From Aliivibrio fischeri (GTDB lineage Bacteria; Pseudomonadota; Gammaproteobacteria; Enterobacterales; Vibrionaceae), in contig NZ_WOBR01000004.1 in assembly GCF_009727955.1 (NCBI RefSeq), forward strand, positions 23,849 to 55,848: a DNA stretch of 32,000 nt, written 5' to 3'. Below, in pieces: positions 29,193-32,000 of this stretch (position 1 is its first letter; every line of letters starts with the position of its first letter). A program made the translations under genes and the position numbers. The notes beneath the pieces were generated by a model. That model did not search any database. It was not told the origin of the DNA and saw nothing but the letters and a program-made list of their open reading frames with translations.

Positions 29193-30668
29193 TTGAAAAT
29201 TAAACGATTTTTTGCAAAAGACATGCGTTCTGCTCTGGTTCAAGTAAAAGAAGAGCTAGGTGTTGACGCTGTCATTATGTCAAATAAAAAAGTAACCGGT
29301 GGTATTGAAATTGTTGCGGCTATTGATCCAGGTGCGCAATCTCAATCATTCCCAGCAGTATCACAACGTCAAGTTGAAGAAGACAAGGTGAGTGTTGGCA
29401 AAGGTTCAATGACGCGTCGTTTTGCAAATATGATCAAGCAATATGGTTCGCATGGCAGTACACCAACACAAGAGCCAGAAAAAGCTGAGCGTGAAGAGGA
29501 TAGTTTAGCAGCGCTATTACAACGTCAGTCTAAATTTCAGACTCAATCAACCAACTCGTATTCAAATTCAGCGTCTACTCCAAGATTAGATACTTCAGAA
29601 ATGACTCGTGCGATTCAAAATAATCCAAAATTAGCGCACCTTATTTCTGATGAACCAGTTCGTCACTCAACGGAGCGCGCACAACCGAAATTAGATCCAT
29701 CTCGTTATGAGAAAGGTCGTCGCTCCCATCAAGAGTCGAACGAAGAATTAGAAAACATGCGTTCTGAAATGTCATCTATTCGTCGTTTATTAGAGCATCA
29801 AGTTTCTGGCCTTATGTGGCAAGAAGTAGAGCGTCGCGAACCTCTACGAGCAATGCTGATTAAACGTTTAGAAAAAATGGGATTATCAGAAGAGCTTGCT
29901 GATCAACTTGCTTGTTATATTCCAGAAGATGTTCCAGCAAAAGATGCATGGCCTGCATTATTAAAATTACTAGCAGAGCAAATCCCAACTTCAAAAGTGG
30001 ATACGCTATCTCGTGGCGGTATTATTGCATTATTGGGTCCAACTGGTGTGGGTAAAACAACCACGATTGCTAAGTTAGCCGCTCGCGCTGCAATGGAATA
30101 TGGTCCTGACCAAGTAGCATTAGTTACAACAGATACCTTCCGTATTGGTGCTCAAGAACAATTGGCTATTTATGGCCGAATTATGGGCTGTCCGGTACGA
30201 ATTGCTAAAGATGCTGATGAATTAGCATCGGTTCTGTATCAATTACGTAATCGTCGTTTAGTGCTTGTGGATACTGCAGGTATGGGGCAACGTGATGTAC
30301 GTTTAACAGAACAGCTAGATACGATTATGGAAAACAGTGGATCACAAATTAATAGCTATCTTGTGATGCCAGCAACGGCACAACGCCGAGTACTGCAAGA
30401 AACCATTGATCACTTCAAACGCATTCCATTATCTGGTTGTATTTTAAGTAAAATCGATGAATCTCTAAGTTTAGGTGAATTAATTAGTGTAACTATAGAG
30501 AATGGTCTTCCAATCTCTTATATTGCAAATGGGCAACGTGTTCCTGAGGACATTGTTTTAGCTCAACCAAAATACTTAGTTGCAAAGGCAAATGAATTAC
30601 TAGAAAAAGCGACGGAAAAGGACCCTCATTTCTGGAATAGTGATATGCCAGAGGCGGACAATTTATGA
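29193..30668 (+). CDS. flhF: Flagellar SRP-like GTPase FlhF
   Basis: 491 aa; MKIKRFFAKDMRSALVQVKEELGVDAVIMSNK, G-domain LLGPTGVGKTTTIAKLAARA, DTAGMGQRD. Confidence 0.97.
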   Translation: MKIKRFFAKDMRSALVQVKEELGVDAVIMSNKKVTGGIEIVAAIDPGAQSQSFPAVSQRQVEEDKVSVGKGSMTRRFANMIKQYGSHGSTPTQEPEKAEREEDSLAALLQRQSKFQTQSTNSYSNSASTPRLDTSEMTRAIQNNPKLAHLISDEPVRHSTERAQPKLDPSRYEKGRRSHQESNEELENMRSEMSSIRRLLEHQVSGLMWQEVERREPLRAMLIKRLEKMGLSEELADQLACYIPEDVPAKDAWPALLKLLAEQIPTSKVDTLSRGGIIALLGPTGVGKTTTIAKLAARAAMEYGPDQVALVTTDTFRIGAQEQLAIYGRIMGCPVRIAKDADELASVLYQLRNRRLVLVDTAGMGQRDVRLTEQLDTIMENSGSQINSYLVMPATAQRRVLQETIDHFKRIPLSGCILSKIDESLSLGELISVTIENGLPISYIANGQRVPEDIVLAQPKYLVAKANELLEKATEKDPHFWNSDMPEADNL

Positions 30669-31555
30669 TTGATAATAATATATACGATCAGGCTAGTGGA
30701 TTACGACGCTTAACCAAACCAACATTGACCAAAGTGGTTGCTGTAACGGGTGGTAAAGGTGGCGTAGGTAAAACAAACGTAACATTAAATTTAGCATTGT
30801 CACTTGCACAGCAAGGGAAAAAAGTGATGGTGTTAGATGGCGATTTAGGCTTAGCAAATATTGATATTATGCTGGGTGTTCGTGCACATAAAAACCTAGG
30901 ACATGTTTTAGATGGTGAATGCGAATTAGCAGACATTATCGTTGAAGGTCCATATGGTGTGAGACTAATTCCTGCAACGTCAGGAACCAAATCTATGGCA
31001 GAACTGACACCAGCACAACATGCAGGATTAATTCGAGCATTCAGCAGTTTAGAAGAAGAAGTAGATATTCTTTTAATCGATACTGCTGCTGGCATCTCTG
31101 ATATGGTGACCAGTTTTTCTCGTGCGGCTCAAGATGTTTTAGTTGTGGTGTGTGATGAACCAACGTCAATCACCGATGCATATGCATTAATAAAACTTTT
31201 AAGTCGTGAGCATAATGTTCAACGATTCAAAATTGTTGCCAACATGGTAAGAAGTTACCGTGAAGGTCGTGAATTATTTGCGAAACTAACGCTAGTAACG
31301 GATCGCTTTTTATCTGCAAATATGGAATTAGTGGCTTGTATTCCATTAGATGAAAAAGTGCGTCTGTCAGTTAGAAAACAAAAAGTCGTTGTGGATGCAT
31401 ATCCACGCTCTCCAGCAGCGTTAGCAATGAAATCTCTAGCAAACAAAGTGGTAACTTGGCCTGTACCTAAGGCACCAAGTGGTCATTTAGAGTTTTTCGT
31501 AGAAAAGCTATTACGCAATGAAAAAACAAGTGAAATTGAGGACGATTATGTCTGA
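30665..31555 (+). CDS. flhG: MinD-like ATPase FlhG (FleN)
   Basis: 296 aa; VVAVTGGKGGVGKTNVTLNLALSLAQQGKKVMVLDGDLGLANIDIMLGV; 4-nt ATGA overlap with flhF. Confidence 0.96.
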   Translation: MIDNNIYDQASGLRRLTKPTLTKVVAVTGGKGGVGKTNVTLNLALSLAQQGKKVMVLDGDLGLANIDIMLGVRAHKNLGHVLDGECELADIIVEGPYGVRLIPATSGTKSMAELTPAQHAGLIRAFSSLEEEVDILLIDTAAGISDMVTSFSRAAQDVLVVVCDEPTSITDAYALIKLLSREHNVQRFKIVANMVRSYREGRELFAKLTLVTDRFLSANMELVACIPLDEKVRLSVRKQKVVVDAYPRSPAALAMKSLANKVVTWPVPKAPSGHLEFFVEKLLRNEKTSEIEDDYV

Positions 31556-32000
31556 TGGCTTAACTTATGATCATAAAGGCAATGTAAACAGTCAGAAGGC
31601 GTTTTTAGAACGTTATTCTGATCTGGTTAAACGTATTGCTCATCATTTAATGGCGAGATTGCCAGCAAGTGTATTAGTAGATGATCTGATTCAAGCTGGC
31701 ATGATTGGTTTATTAGAAGCCCAGCAAAATTATGATGGCAGTAAAGGCGCAAGTTTTGAAACCTATGCTGGGATTCGAATTAGAGGCTCTATGTTGGATG
31801 AAATTCGACGTGGAGATTGGGTTCCTCGCTCAGTACATAAGAACAGTCGGATGATTAATTCGGCAATTAGAGAACTTGAAGCTAAACTTTCTCGCGATCC
31901 GACCGATAAAGAGATAGCAGACTATCTAGAATTACCGTTAGATCAATATTATCAGATACTTAATGATGTAAATTGCGGTAAACTAGTTGGTATGGAAGAT
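31548..32000 (+). CDS. fliA: RNA polymerase sigma-28 factor FliA (5' part, truncated by window end)
   Basis: My translation from ATG 31548: MSDGLTYDHKGNVNSQKAFLERYSDLVKRIAHHLMARLPASVLVDDLIQAGMIGLLEAQQNYDGSKGASFETYAGIRIRGSMLDEIRRGDWVPRSVHKNSR...; overlaps the flhG stop. Confidence 0.95.
   Translation, partial: MSDGLTYDHKGNVNSQKAFLERYSDLVKRIAHHLMARLPASVLVDDLIQAGMIGLLEAQQNYDGSKGASFETYAGIRIRGSMLDEIRRGDWVPRSVHKNSRMINSAIRELEAKLSRDPTDKEIADYLELPLDQYYQILNDVNCGKLVGMED

Noticed and set aside
1-32000. CRISPR arrays, transposons, integrases, tRNA/rRNA genes, defence or toxin systems
   Set aside because: Looked for and not seen; the window is filled with core flagellar genes and short regulatory gaps.

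Overview
The window is an almost gap-free polar-flagellar regulon typical of Vibrionaceae; AT content and gene order suggest an Aliivibrio/Vibrio fischeri-like host, which is inference. Gene order on the + strand is: four tandem flagellin paralogues, flaG, fliD, flaI (fliT-like), fliS, flrA, flrB, flrC, fliE-F-G-H-I-J, fliK-L-M-N-O-P-Q-R, flhB, a single reverse-strand PilZ-domain gene, flhA, flhF, flhG, and the 5' part of fliA cut by the window end (absent from the ORF track). Four good sigma-54 (-24/-12, GG-N10-GC) promoters were read directly, ahead of flrB, fliE, fliK and flhA. Sigma-28-like promoters lie ahead of flagellins 1-3. Several intrinsic terminators and hairpins were also found. 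No clearly new biological system is supported. The items most worth a second look are: the flrBC promoter inside a terminator-like inverted repeat; a nested structured region between flagellins 1 and 2; duplicated hairpin arms in the flagellin-2 leader; a perfect 12-bp hairpin between fliG and fliH; the reverse-oriented PilZ gene between flhB and flhA; an NPEH rather than NPTH autocleavage motif in FlhB; and the divergence in codon bias and promoters among the flagellin paralogues.
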